64,000 nt of DNA, taken from an uncultured Muribaculaceae bacterium. GTDB taxonomy: Bacteria > Bacteroidota > Bacteroidia > Bacteroidales > Muribaculaceae. A program made the translations under genes and the position numbers. Below, one piece after another: positions 20,362-30,815 of the stretch. The stretch spans positions 22,831 to 86,830 of the forward strand of contig CAZFEU010000001.1 in NCBI GenBank assembly GCA_964517875.1, in the 5' to 3' direction. The first letter of the stretch is position 1; each line of letters starts with the position of its first letter. Below the pieces are notes generated by a model that saw only the letters and a program-made list of their open reading frames with translations, had not been told where the DNA came from and searched no databases.

Positions 20362-23300
20362 ATGGCTATTGAAAACAGCAACATCAAGCGCAGCGGTATC
20401 GTAGCCTTTGGTCTTCGATATCACAAGCTGGTAATTCTGGTTGTGGTGGCACTTGTATGCTTTGGCATATATGCACTGGAACAGATGAATAAAAACGAAT
20501 TCCCGAGTTTCACAATTCGAGAGGGATTAGTGGTGGCGGTGTGTCCCGGAGCCACATCAGAAGAAATGACCGACGAGGTGCTTAAACACCTCGAAGATTA
20601 CATTTTCAGCTATAAGGAAGTAGATAAATCGAAAACACACTCACGATGCACCAATGGTATGGTAATCGTGTTTGTGGAGCTTGACAATAACATATCTGAC
20701 ACCGAGCCATTCTGGAATAAATTCCAAATCGGACTATCAAAAGCAAAGGCCAATTTACCCAGCAGTGTTCTGGCCGTAGAAGCACTTACTGATTTCGGCG
20801 ATACTTCAGCCTTGTTGATTTCGCTGTCGAGCGAGGACAAAACTTACCGCGAACTCGGTGACATGATTGACAATCTTCGTGATCGACTACGCTCGGTTGA
20901 GAGTGTAGGTTCAATGTCGATTGTCGGGAAGCAAAATGAGCAGATTTCGATAATAGTTGATAACGAGAAACTTGCACATTATGGAATAAAGTCAAGCTTA
21001 TTGGCGGCATCCCTTGCACGGCAAGGTTTTAATACTACCGGTGGAGAGCTTAAAGGTGAATACTATACTACTCCCATCAGTATTCAGCGTCCGGTAGATT
21101 CAGAGCAAGATGTAGCCGATATGATAGTGCTTTCTACACCCGACGGCTCAGTGGTGAGGGTAAGAGATATTGCGGAAGTGAAACGTGAATACCCCGATCC
21201 ATCCTCTTTTATTACCTACAACGGCACAAAATCTGTGCTATTGAGCGTGTCGATGAAGGACGGCAACAATATAGTAAAGATGGGTGAGGAGGTGCAGAAA
21301 GTGCTTGATGAGTTCGAGCAGACTGCACCGGCGGATGTGAAAATAGAGAAGATCACCGATCAACCTACAGTTGTAAGCTCAAGTGTGTATGATTTTCTTC
21401 GCGAGTTGCTGATAGCCATTGTAGCGGTAGTGATTGTGATAATACTGCTCCTCCCGATCAAGGTAGCTTTAATTGCCGCCGGCACAATACCGGTTACAAT
21501 CTTCATATCCCTTGGTATTTTCTACGCCTTAGGCATAGAGTTGAATACAGTGACGCTTGCATGCTTGATTGTGTCGCTGGGTATGATTGTCGATAATTCC
21601 GTGGTGATAATCGATAATTATGTTGAGCTTATATCGGAGGGTGTTGACCACGCTACCGCAGCATACCGATCAGCCGTAGAATTCTTGAAAGCTATATTCT
21701 CGGCTACATGCGCTATTTCTATAACGTTCTTCCCCTTCTTGCTTACACTCACGGGTATGTTCCGTGACTTCATGAACGATTTCCCATGGGCTATCACAAT
21801 TATCTTGTTCATATCACTTGTAATTGCCGAAACACTCGTTCCATGGTTGCAGAAAAAGATTATTAAAAAACCGATTTACAAGCTCGAACAAGAAGCTGTA
21901 GCTTCAGGCAAAAAGAAATTCTCTTTCTTTACGATGCTTCAGGGGGGATATAATAAGCTCGTTGACTTTTGCTTTGCATGGCCTAAAACTACACTTATCC
22001 TTGGTTTGATATGCATCGTAGGTGGTACAATGATGTTTGTAGACCGTCCGATGAAACTTATGCCAATTGCCGAACGCAATCAGTTTGCAGTGGAAATCTA
22101 TCTTCCCACAGGAGCTTCGCTCGAACGCACCAACAGTGTAGCCGACTCACTGGAGAACATATTACTAAAGGATAAAAGAGTGGTTTCGGTTGCATCGTTC
22201 CATGGATGTTCTTCTCCACGATTCCAGACCACATATGCACCACAGGTAGGAGGCCCCAACTACTGTCAATTTATTGTCAACACAATAAGTGAAGAGGCAA
22301 CAATTGAGTTGCTTAATGAATATACTCCTAAGTGTGAGTCATATTTCCCGGATGCTTTCTGCCGCTTCAAACAGCTTTCATACTCTAATGCCGACTATCC
22401 TATTGAGGTGCGAGTGACCGGTAGCGATTTTGCACATATCCAGATGGTCGCCGACTCTGTGCTTGCTGTGATGCGCAACACTCCCGGTGTGCGCCTTGCT
22501 CGTCCAAACACCAGCACACCTCAGGTCTCAGCTCAGGTTCAACCCGATGTTACCAAAGAATCACGTCTTGGAATCAGCAACCTATGGCTTGAAGGGGCAC
22601 TTGCCCTTCGCTATAGCGATGGTTTGCCTGTTGCTACAATTTGGGAGGGTGACTATGGCGTACCAGTTGCCGTAAAGAGTCTTCGTGCAGATAGTTCGAC
22701 TTATGGCGACCTCATAAATGAGAATATTCCTATACTCGACATCGCTAATGCACCTCTAAGCCAGTTCGCCGAGGTTAACCCCACGTGGAGCTATGGTTTG
22801 ATGGGGCATTACAACGGCAAACCAACTATTACACTAATTGCCGAACATGAGCGCGACCTAAATACCATCAATCTTACACGTGAGATAATGTCGGAAATCG
22901 ACAAGATCGACCTTCCCGATGATGTTTCAATAGAGTATGGCGGTGACTACGAAAACACCTTTGACATACTTCCACAAATCATCAAAGCCTTGTTGATTTC
23001 GGTAGTAATCATTTTCTTCATCATTCTATTGCACTACAAGCAGGTGGGCATTTCGATGATATTATTGCTCTCGCTCTTGCTCTGCATCCCTGGTGCCGCG
23101 CTTGGCCTCTTTGTGATGGGTGAACCTATAAGCCTCACTTGCACACTGGGCATCATATCGCTCATGGGTATATTGGTGCGTAATGCTATTATAATGATTG
23201 ACTATGCCGAACAGATTCAAGGTCAGGAAGGACTTAACAACCGACAGGCATCACTCGAGTCGGCCAAACGACGCATGCGCCCTATATTCCTCACTTCGGC

Positions 23301-23571
23301 CGCAGCCACTATGGGTGTGTTGCCTATGGTGATTGAAGGAAGTGCGCTATGGCAACCGATGGGTACTGTGATATTCTTCGGAACACCTCTTACAATGATC
23401 TTTACTCTTACTGTAATTCCCGTGGCTCTTTGGAAATTCTCAGGTAAACAACCGCTTGATCCACCTTATGGACCTCCCACGCCTGATTTCCCAAATGTCG
23501 AACCAACATCCTCAGCCACTACATCATCTACCACTCCGGTGGCAGCAACCAATAATGCTACACAATCATGA
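20362..23571 (+). CDS. Efflux RND transporter permease (AcrB/HAE family)
   Basis: About 1070 aa with 12 TM helices and two large periplasmic loops. The start is set at ATG 20362 (MAIENSN), after the adaptor stop. Confidence 0.9.
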   Translation: MAIENSNIKRSGIVAFGLRYHKLVILVVVALVCFGIYALEQMNKNEFPSFTIREGLVVAVCPGATSEEMTDEVLKHLEDYIFSYKEVDKSKTHSRCTNGMVIVFVELDNNISDTEPFWNKFQIGLSKAKANLPSSVLAVEALTDFGDTSALLISLSSEDKTYRELGDMIDNLRDRLRSVESVGSMSIVGKQNEQISIIVDNEKLAHYGIKSSLLAASLARQGFNTTGGELKGEYYTTPISIQRPVDSEQDVADMIVLSTPDGSVVRVRDIAEVKREYPDPSSFITYNGTKSVLLSVSMKDGNNIVKMGEEVQKVLDEFEQTAPADVKIEKITDQPTVVSSSVYDFLRELLIAIVAVVIVIILLLPIKVALIAAGTIPVTIFISLGIFYALGIELNTVTLACLIVSLGMIVDNSVVIIDNYVELISEGVDHATAAYRSAVEFLKAIFSATCAISITFFPFLLTLTGMFRDFMNDFPWAITIILFISLVIAETLVPWLQKKIIKKPIYKLEQEAVASGKKKFSFFTMLQGGYNKLVDFCFAWPKTTLILGLICIVGGTMMFVDRPMKLMPIAERNQFAVEIYLPTGASLERTNSVADSLENILLKDKRVVSVASFHGCSSPRFQTTYAPQVGGPNYCQFIVNTISEEATIELLNEYTPKCESYFPDAFCRFKQLSYSNADYPIEVRVTGSDFAHIQMVADSVLAVMRNTPGVRLARPNTSTPQVSAQVQPDVTKESRLGISNLWLEGALALRYSDGLPVATIWEGDYGVPVAVKSLRADSSTYGDLINENIPILDIANAPLSQFAEVNPTWSYGLMGHYNGKPTITLIAEHERDLNTINLTREIMSEIDKIDLPDDVSIEYGGDYENTFDILPQIIKALLISVVIIFFIILLHYKQVGISMILLLSLLLCIPGAALGLFVMGEPISLTCTLGIISLMGILVRNAIIMIDYAEQIQGQEGLNNRQASLESAKRRMRPIFLTSAAATMGVLPMVIEGSALWQPMGTVIFFGTPLTMIFTLTVIPVALWKFSGKQPLDPPYGPPTPDFPNVEPTSSATTSSTTPVAATNNATQS

Positions 23572-24938
23572 AATCCCGGATCATCATATTAACCATAAGC
23601 TTACTTACCGCTGGCTCATTATTAGCTCAAAAAGCATTGACACTTCAAGACTGTAGGCGCTTGGCGGCAGAAAATAACGCAAAAGTGCGCATTGCCCGAG
23701 GCAACCGTGAAGCCGCTACCGAAGTAAGCAAAGATGCTTTTACTAAGTATTTTCCTAACGTAAGCGCTAATTTTTTAGCTTACAGATCCAATAAGGGAGC
23801 GTTGCAATATTCCCTACCATCAATCGGATCCTTGCTTCCCGCTGAAATTGCGCCAATAATACCTCCTCAGTTTGCACCGCTCACCGATAAGTCACTCGGA
23901 AATATTGATCTGATTAAAAGCGGTTGGAACTTTTCGGTTCTTGCTGTACAGCCTGTATTCATGGGAGGACGCATATTAAATGGGAATAAGTTGGCTCATG
24001 TTGGTGAGGAAGTGGCACGCTTGCAAGAGAACGATGCCACCGATGAAGTAATGCTCACTGCCGAAAAATACTATTGGCAGATTGTAACTCTGCAATCAAA
24101 GAAACGCACATTGCAATCAGTGTTGAAAATGGTTGATACTCTCGAATATCAAGTCAATGCTGCCGTAAAAGCAGGAGTTACACTACCCAACGACTTACTT
24201 AAAGTACAGTTGAAGCGTAACGACTTACGGGCAACGATGGTTGACCTCGACAACGGCATAACATTAGCTTCAAACCTCCTGGCACAATATGTGGGTCTTA
24301 GTGGCGATTCAATTACAATAATTTACGAAGAAGCGCCGGCAGAGGTTCCTGACTACCCATTGTCGCTCTACATCGAGCCGCAGCAGGCAGTAAGTCTAAC
24401 AACTGATTATCTATTGTTGAATCAGAGTGTCAAGGCATCTGAATTGCGTACCAAACTGGCAGTTGGAGAAAATCTGCCGGAAGTGGGACTTGGCGGAGGA
24501 TGGGTCTACGATGACCTTTTCAGCCAGCATCACAATTTTGCCGCGGTGATGCTCACCGTAAGTGTGCCTATCACTGATTGGTGGGGTGGGTCGCATAAGA
24601 TAAAGAAAAGCCGAATCGAAGAAACTAACGCACGTTTACAGCAGGAAGATCTTACACAGCTGCTCCAGATTAAAATGGAGAACGCTTGGGATGAACTCAC
24701 CGCTTCGCATCGCAAAATGACAATAGCCCACGAGAGCATATCTCAATCTACAGAAAATCTGCGTCTGAACGATAACTATTACCGCGTAGGTGTGTCTACG
24801 ATTACCGATCTGCTCGATGCTCAGACACTATATAGACAGAGTTGTGACCAATATACCGAAGCTTACGGTGATTTCCGGCTCAAAGTAGCACAATACCTTG
24901 ACGCCACCGGTCGGCTTGACTATCAGGTAACTCAATAA
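23568..24938 (+). CDS. TolC-family outer membrane efflux protein
   Basis: 456 aa with a signal peptide and duplicated coiled-coil/OEP repeats; 4-nt overlap with the RND permease. Confidence 0.85.
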   Translation: MKSRIIILTISLLTAGSLLAQKALTLQDCRRLAAENNAKVRIARGNREAATEVSKDAFTKYFPNVSANFLAYRSNKGALQYSLPSIGSLLPAEIAPIIPPQFAPLTDKSLGNIDLIKSGWNFSVLAVQPVFMGGRILNGNKLAHVGEEVARLQENDATDEVMLTAEKYYWQIVTLQSKKRTLQSVLKMVDTLEYQVNAAVKAGVTLPNDLLKVQLKRNDLRATMVDLDNGITLASNLLAQYVGLSGDSITIIYEEAPAEVPDYPLSLYIEPQQAVSLTTDYLLLNQSVKASELRTKLAVGENLPEVGLGGGWVYDDLFSQHHNFAAVMLTVSVPITDWWGGSHKIKKSRIEETNARLQQEDLTQLLQIKMENAWDELTASHRKMTIAHESISQSTENLRLNDNYYRVGVSTITDLLDAQTLYRQSCDQYTEAYGDFRLKVAQYLDATGRLDYQVTQ

Positions 24939-24974
24939 ATTGTTTTATTACCCTAAAGAATAGTGTTTTATATT

Positions 24975-25406
24975 ATGGAGAAAGGACACTGGTGGACTGC
25001 ACCCACCGAGAGCGCCAACGGTCGACTTATAATGGTGACAGGACGAAAAGATGTGGCTGAATTTCGCAATAATCCACGCTTCAACGTTCGTGTAGAAGTG
25101 ACATGGCCTTACACCGGTGATGATACGGGTATGCCCAACAAGGCAACGTCAGAGTTGATGGAGCAAGTGCAAGAAGCCTTGCAAGTTGCATTTGATAAGG
25201 ATCCTGTGGCAGTACTCACGGGAATATATACCGGCGACGATGAACGCAACTGGATATTCTATACGCTATCAACTCATATATTCGGTCGTAAGCTGAATGA
25301 AGCACTCGCCGATTTTCCCCAACTTCCGCTTTCTATCTACTGCGAGAATGATGCGGAGTGGGGTGAATATGACGAGATGTCAGAGGCCGAAATCAATCTC
25401 GACTGA
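24975..25406 (+). CDS. DUF695-like small cytoplasmic protein
   Basis: 143 aa from the ATG at 24975. Family recognition (VEVTWPY...GMP...E.L...DDERNWIFY...DAEWGEY) is from memory. Confidence 0.5.
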   Translation: MEKGHWWTAPTESANGRLIMVTGRKDVAEFRNNPRFNVRVEVTWPYTGDDTGMPNKATSELMEQVQEALQVAFDKDPVAVLTGIYTGDDERNWIFYTLSTHIFGRKLNEALADFPQLPLSIYCENDAEWGEYDEMSEAEINLD

Positions 25407-26967
25407 GGCTTCGTGCCACTGCTTGTGCGCAACGTTGGCCGTCAATAGCCGCCGACACTATTCCGCCGGCATAGCCCGCTCCTTCACCACAAGGAAATAA
25501 GCCCTTGAGGCGTATGTGTTGTAATGACTCATTATCGCGCATCAGTCTCACAGGTGATGAAGTGCGCGTCTCCGCTCCGATCAGGACAGCATCGTTTGTA
25601 AGAAAACCACGCTGTTTTTTGCCAAATTCCTGAAATCCTTTTTGCAGCCTCTTGACAATGGGCCTCGGAAGCAATTGATCTATACGAGCCGCATGAATCC
25701 CCGGGGCATAACTTGTTGCCGGGAGTTGAGTCGATGTTTTTGAATTGACAAAATCGTGCATGCGCTGGGCTGGAGCGTTCTGCGAATTTCCACTCTCAGC
25801 AAAAAATTTCTGTTCAATTCCCTCTTGATATCGCATTATCTTCAACGGATCATCGCTTTGTGGCTCTATGTCCTCAGGAAGCACCTCCACTACCATGCCA
25901 GAATTGGCCCATCGGGTGCCGCGATTGCTGGGTGACATGCCGTTGACAGCCTGTAGTCCCGGTGCCGATGCACAAGGCACTATAAATCCTCCAGGGCACA
26001 TGCAAAATGAATATACAGCGCGGTCATCAACCCGTGTAAGCAACGAGTATTCGGCAGGAGGTAAGAATTTACCACGACCGCCCGGTTTGTGATATTGAAT
26101 AGCATCAATGAGTTGCTGAGGATGCTCCAGACGTACACCAACAGCAATACCTTTAGCTTCCATATCTACTCCCTGTGCATTGAGTGAGCGATATAGATCG
26201 CGCGCAGAGTGTCCTGCGGCAAGTATCACTGATCCATGCAGCTTACTTCCATCGGCCAGTTCCACGCCCTCTACGGTGTCACCATTTATGAGCAACCGAT
26301 CCACGCGGGCATTGAAACGTACCTCTCCACCATATCGAAGTATTGTGTTTCTTATGGATTTGATAACTTCGGGCAATCTATCAGTGCCTATATGGGGATG
26401 TGCGTCTATCAGAACCGACTCTGGAGCGCCATTGCGATAGAATGTCTCCAATACATCGGTGATTGAGCCGCGTTTTTTTGAACGGGTGTACAGCTTGCCA
26501 TCGGAGTAAGCTCCTGCACCACCTTCGCCAAAGCAGTAATTGGAGTCGGGGTCTACCACATCTTCTCGCGCTATTTTAGCTAAGTCTTTTCTTCGTTGGT
26601 CTACATCTTTACCACGCTCTACAACAATTGGTTTCAATCCCAACTTTATCAGTTCTAAAGCGGCGAATAATCCAGCAGGTCCGGCACCGACCACTACAAC
26701 AGGCAGGGCGTATGTAACATCGCCATAATGAACCGGAGTCAGGATGGGGGTAGTATCAAAGGGCTTGTCAACGCCTACTTTAAGTGTAAGATTTATCATT
26801 ACCTGACGCTGTCGGGCGTCGATTGAGCGTCGCGTAATTCTGATGCCGGTAATTCGGTTGCCGTCAATTCCCAATTGATCACTTACGGCGGTGAGCAGTC
26901 GGAGATCACTTGCGGCAACCTCGGGCGTAACCCGCAGACTTACTTCTCTGATTGTATCGTTGGGCAT
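25393..26967 (-). CDS. NAD(P)/FAD-dependent oxidoreductase (COG2509-like)
   Basis: 524 aa with the dinucleotide-binding motif VVVVGAGPAGLFAALEL and a C-terminal GEGAGYAGGI motif. Confidence 0.75.
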   Translation of the reverse strand: MPNDTIREVSLRVTPEVAASDLRLLTAVSDQLGIDGNRITGIRITRRSIDARQRQVMINLTLKVGVDKPFDTTPILTPVHYGDVTYALPVVVVGAGPAGLFAALELIKLGLKPIVVERGKDVDQRRKDLAKIAREDVVDPDSNYCFGEGGAGAYSDGKLYTRSKKRGSITDVLETFYRNGAPESVLIDAHPHIGTDRLPEVIKSIRNTILRYGGEVRFNARVDRLLINGDTVEGVELADGSKLHGSVILAAGHSARDLYRSLNAQGVDMEAKGIAVGVRLEHPQQLIDAIQYHKPGGRGKFLPPAEYSLLTRVDDRAVYSFCMCPGGFIVPCASAPGLQAVNGMSPSNRGTRWANSGMVVEVLPEDIEPQSDDPLKIMRYQEGIEQKFFAESGNSQNAPAQRMHDFVNSKTSTQLPATSYAPGIHAARIDQLLPRPIVKRLQKGFQEFGKKQRGFLTNDAVLIGAETRTSSPVRLMRDNESLQHIRLKGLFPCGEGAGYAGGIVSAAIDGQRCAQAVARSLSRD

Positions 26968-28331
26968 GGGGCGAAATGCTTGTTAAGACGTTTAATGATA
27001 ATTACGGCGGTAATAACTGTTACCACAAATGCTATGAAGTCGCTTGATGCAATGCTCATCCACACTCCTTCTATTCCAAATCTCGGAGGTAAAAGTATGA
27101 GCAGAGGTATCAAGCAGATAAGCTGACGAGTGAGCGACAGGAAAATAGATATCTTAGGTTTACCAATAGACTGGAAGAAGTTTTGGATTACTATCTGTGC
27201 GCCGATAAGCGGATAGAACATGAAATACATCCGGGCTCCATCTCGCGAAATGTTAATCAGCACCTGCTCGGTAGTGAATAATCCGTTAACCTGATCGGGA
27301 AATATCTCATATATTATCCATCCTATTGAATTGATAATCACGCCGATAATGATACCTATTTTGAGTGTGCGCTTCACACGTTCCCATAGCTTGGCTCCGT
27401 AGTTGTAACCCAAAATAGGCTGCATACCCTGAGTAACACCAAAAACTATCATCACAAAGAACATACCTGATCGGTTGAGAATCCCATATGCTCCGACCGC
27501 AAGGTCTTTTGCGTCTCCGCCATAGTCGAGAAGCGCTCTATTGATAAATAGCACTACAATGCAGCCGCACACATTCATCAGGAATGGTGATAAGCCTATG
27601 GCATATATGCGTTTTAAGATTGATGGGGTAAACCAACGATCATGGAAGTTGAGATGAACATAACTTTTCTTAGAAAGGAAGTGGCACAGGACCCATATAA
27701 GCGAGGCAAATTGCCCAATATTTGTAGCCCATGCCGCACCTTTTATACCCCAATCGAGGGTAAATATAAAGATAGGTGCGAGTACGACATTAACCACTAC
27801 CGACAGTAAGGCCGACACCATCGCTTTCTTAGGGTATCCGGTGGCACGCATAAGGTTGTTAAGACCGATGAATACATAACTTATAGGTGTACCTATGAGT
27901 ATGACTTCCATAAATTCGCGTGCGTAGGGTAGGGTGGCATCGGTGGCTCCAAAAAAGGTTAATATTTCATCAAGGAATATCAATGTGATGCCACCAAAAA
28001 AGATGGAATGGATCAGGCACGCAAAAGCCACATTGTTTACGGTATCGGTGGCACGTTTAGTATTGCGTTGACCAAGAAATATCGAGCTTATTGTGGCACC
28101 ACCTACTGCTATCAGTGTGCAGAAAGCAATCACAAGATTCATCAACGGGAAGGTAATGGCAAGTCCGGCTATAGCCATAGCCCCAACTCCTTGACCTATA
28201 AACATGGAGTCGATGATATTGTACAACGACACTGCAACACTGGCAATAATTGCCGGAACAGAGTATTGTACGATTAATCGGCCGATAGTCTGCGAACCTA
28301 ATGACTGCGGTGATGTCTGCTCTTTTCCCAT
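26940..28331 (-). CDS. MATE-family efflux transporter
   Basis: 463 aa with 12 predicted TM helices and a typical MATE N-terminus (YSVPAIIASVAVSLYNIIDSMFIGQ). Confidence 0.85.
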   Translation of the reverse strand: MGKEQTSPQSLGSQTIGRLIVQYSVPAIIASVAVSLYNIIDSMFIGQGVGAMAIAGLAITFPLMNLVIAFCTLIAVGGATISSIFLGQRNTKRATDTVNNVAFACLIHSIFFGGITLIFLDEILTFFGATDATLPYAREFMEVILIGTPISYVFIGLNNLMRATGYPKKAMVSALLSVVVNVVLAPIFIFTLDWGIKGAAWATNIGQFASLIWVLCHFLSKKSYVHLNFHDRWFTPSILKRIYAIGLSPFLMNVCGCIVVLFINRALLDYGGDAKDLAVGAYGILNRSGMFFVMIVFGVTQGMQPILGYNYGAKLWERVKRTLKIGIIIGVIINSIGWIIYEIFPDQVNGLFTTEQVLINISRDGARMYFMFYPLIGAQIVIQNFFQSIGKPKISIFLSLTRQLICLIPLLILLPPRFGIEGVWMSIASSDFIAFVVTVITAVIIIKRLNKHFAPCPTIQSEK

Positions 28332-28369
28332 GATAATTCTATTGAATTGATACTTCTAACCACTAACAA

Positions 28370-29284
28370 CTAATAGATGAGACCACCTATGATTTCGTTA
28401 ATATCAGCTATGCTATGTCTGGTACAATATTCTTCAATACCATCAATTATCTTCAAGGTCACCGAGGGATCAACAAAATTAGCTGTTCCGATTTGTACCG
28501 CCGAAGCACCGGCAAGCATAAACTCAATAGCATCGGTTGCCGTCATTATTCCACCTAATCCCACTACCGGAATTTTCACGGCCTTGGAGACTTGCCATAC
28601 CATGCGCAGAGCCACGGGCTTAACTGCGGGCCCTGACAGACCACCTGTTACTGTTGACAATACCGGGCGACGGCGTTCAGCGTCAACGGCCATACCCAGA
28701 AGTGTGTTTATCAGTGATACCGCATCAGCACCTTCATCCTCAGCTGCTCGTGCAATCGAAACGATATCACTCACGTTTGGTGATAGCTTTATTATCAAGG
28801 TTTTGTCGGGATAAGCTTCTCTGACAGCCTTGGTGACGGCACCAGCTCCTTGGCATGATGTGCCAAATGCCATGCCCCCTTGCTTAACGTTAGGACATGA
28901 GATGTTAACTTCAATACCTGCTATTTTATCGAGCGGTCGCAAGCGTCGGCACACTTCTACATAGTCATCGATTGTTGAGCCTGAAACGTTGACAAATATA
29001 TTGGTGTCAAGATCTTTAATGCGAGGATATATATGCTCTATGAAGTAGTTAACACCTTTGTTCTGGAGTCCTACGGCATTAAGCATTCCTGAGGGAGTTT
29101 CGGCCATGCGAGGATAAGGATTTCCTTCACGGGCATTAAGAGTAGTGCCCTTAACAATAAATCCACCAAGCCGATTGAGGTCAATCAAATCACTGAACTC
29201 CTCGCCGTAGCCAAATGTTCCTGAGGCTGTCAAAACAGGATTTTTAAGCTTCAGCTTACCCAAATTTACTTCTAATCTTGCCAT
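28370..29284 (-). CDS. pyrD: Dihydroorotate dehydrogenase, class 1B catalytic subunit
   Basis: Has [22 protein letters not shown] and GLGGI motifs. The start is set at MARLEVNLG (29284); it overlaps the pyrK stop. Confidence 0.9.
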   Translation of the reverse strand: MARLEVNLGKLKLKNPVLTASGTFGYGEEFSDLIDLNRLGGFIVKGTTLNAREGNPYPRMAETPSGMLNAVGLQNKGVNYFIEHIYPRIKDLDTNIFVNVSGSTIDDYVEVCRRLRPLDKIAGIEVNISCPNVKQGGMAFGTSCQGAGAVTKAVREAYPDKTLIIKLSPNVSDIVSIARAAEDEGADAVSLINTLLGMAVDAERRRPVLSTVTGGLSGPAVKPVALRMVWQVSKAVKIPVVGLGGIMTATDAIEFMLAGASAVQIGTANFVDPSVTLKIIDGIEEYCTRHSIADINEIIGGLIY

Positions 29285-30051
29285 AACAATTGATCGATGT
29301 TGAATATCGGCCCATCTGTACATACGCAACGATGTCCTTCGGTTGTAGATTGTACGCAGCATAAGCAAGCACCTAATCCACAGGCCATTGTGTTTTCAAG
29401 CGACACTTCACAACCTATATGAAGGCGATACGCAACAGCGGCAACTGCCTGCATCATTGGTTCTGGGCCACAGCAGTATATATGGCTCCATGAGCCGTGT
29501 AGCAACTGACGGTGATTTATCACAAAGCCTTTTTCACCATGTGAACCGTCTTCAGTGGTTGTGAACACAGTGCCATACTGCATGAAGTCGTCAATCTCAA
29601 GCAAGTCGTACTTTGAGCGAGCCCCTAATAAGAATGCAGGCTCAATGCCCGACTCTTTGAACTTACGACCCAAATATAACAGTGGCGCAACACCAACTCC
29701 ACCTCCAATCAACAATGGACGATCACCTGCCTTATCCATATTCCAGCCATTTCCTAAAGGAAGGAGTGAATTAATAATGTCTCCAGGTTTGGATTTAATA
29801 AGTTCGCTGGTTACAACTCCGGCATTGCGAATGAGTAAACGCATACAATTGCCGTCAACATCATTTATCGATATAGGCCTGCGCAGCAATGCACCAGATG
29901 CGGCAGGTGCTTTAAGTTCAACGAATTGTCCTGGAAGCATAGGAGGAAGATCCCCCTGAGATGGTTTTAGCCATAAACTTACATAGTTGCTACCCAGGGG
30001 TTCAGCCTTGGTAACAACCATGTCAATAAGATATTTCTTCAGCTTTGTCAT
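29272..30051 (-). CDS. pyrK: Dihydroorotate dehydrogenase electron-transfer subunit
   Basis: FAD/NAD-binding fold ([15 protein letters not shown]) and a C-terminal 2Fe-2S Cys cluster (CGLGACLCC). The start is set at MTKLKKY. Confidence 0.85.
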   Translation of the reverse strand: MTKLKKYLIDMVVTKAEPLGSNYVSLWLKPSQGDLPPMLPGQFVELKAPAASGALLRRPISINDVDGNCMRLLIRNAGVVTSELIKSKPGDIINSLLPLGNGWNMDKAGDRPLLIGGGVGVAPLLYLGRKFKESGIEPAFLLGARSKYDLLEIDDFMQYGTVFTTTEDGSHGEKGFVINHRQLLHGSWSHIYCCGPEPMMQAVAAVAYRLHIGCEVSLENTMACGLGACLCCVQSTTEGHRCVCTDGPIFNIDQLLWQD

Positions 30052-30093
30052 ATTGCCAACAAAATTACCACTTTTTGCTGACAACCGCAAGAC

Positions 30094-30798
30094 TCATTCA
30101 GTTACTTCTCCCTTTTCTTTACTTACGGCAGATGCAGCAAGGGCCTGCCACAGGGGATCATCGGGTATGGGTGCATCGATTGCGATTTGCTCCTTGCTCA
30201 CGGGATGAATGAAATCGATGTGCTGTGCCCTGAGTGATATCGAGCCATCGGGGTTACTGCGCTTGTCACCGTATTTCAAGTCCCCCTTAACAGGACATCC
30301 TATCGATGCCAATTGCGCTCTGATCTGATGCTTACGACCAGTGTGAAGATCTACTTCGAGCAGATAGTAACGGTCGCTCTCTCCTATAAGCTTATAGCTG
30401 AGTATGACTTCCTTTGCTCCAGGTTTAGGCGAAGTACTTATATAAGATTTATTGTTGCGCTCCACTGTGGTAATATAACCTGTAAGTGTGTCAGCGTCTT
30501 TGGGAGGACGGTTTCGCACAATGGCCCAATAGCGCTTGTTGACCCGCCGATCACGGAACATATCATTAAGACGTGCCAGCGCCTTTGATGTGCGTGCAAA
30601 CACCACAAGCCCACCCACCGGACGGTCAAGTCGGTGTACAAGCCCACAGAACACATTACCAGGGCGGTTGTATTCCGTCTTTATCCATTCCTTGACGGCA
30701 TCTATCAGGGTAGGGTCGCCAGTCTTGTCGCCTTGAACAATCTCGCCGGGTAGTTTTTCTACCACGGCGAGATGATTGTCGATATATATTACTTTCAA
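30094..30798 (-). CDS. RluA-family pseudouridine synthase
   Basis: Catalytic HRLDRPVGGLVVFA motif; 234 aa. Confidence 0.85.
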   Translation of the reverse strand: MKVIYIDNHLAVVEKLPGEIVQGDKTGDPTLIDAVKEWIKTEYNRPGNVFCGLVHRLDRPVGGLVVFARTSKALARLNDMFRDRRVNKRYWAIVRNRPPKDADTLTGYITTVERNNKSYISTSPKPGAKEVILSYKLIGESDRYYLLEVDLHTGRKHQIRAQLASIGCPVKGDLKYGDKRSNPDGSISLRAQHIDFIHPVSKEQIAIDAPIPDDPLWQALAASAVSKEKGEVTE

Positions 30799-30815
30799 AT
30801 CCTGAGAAAATAAGG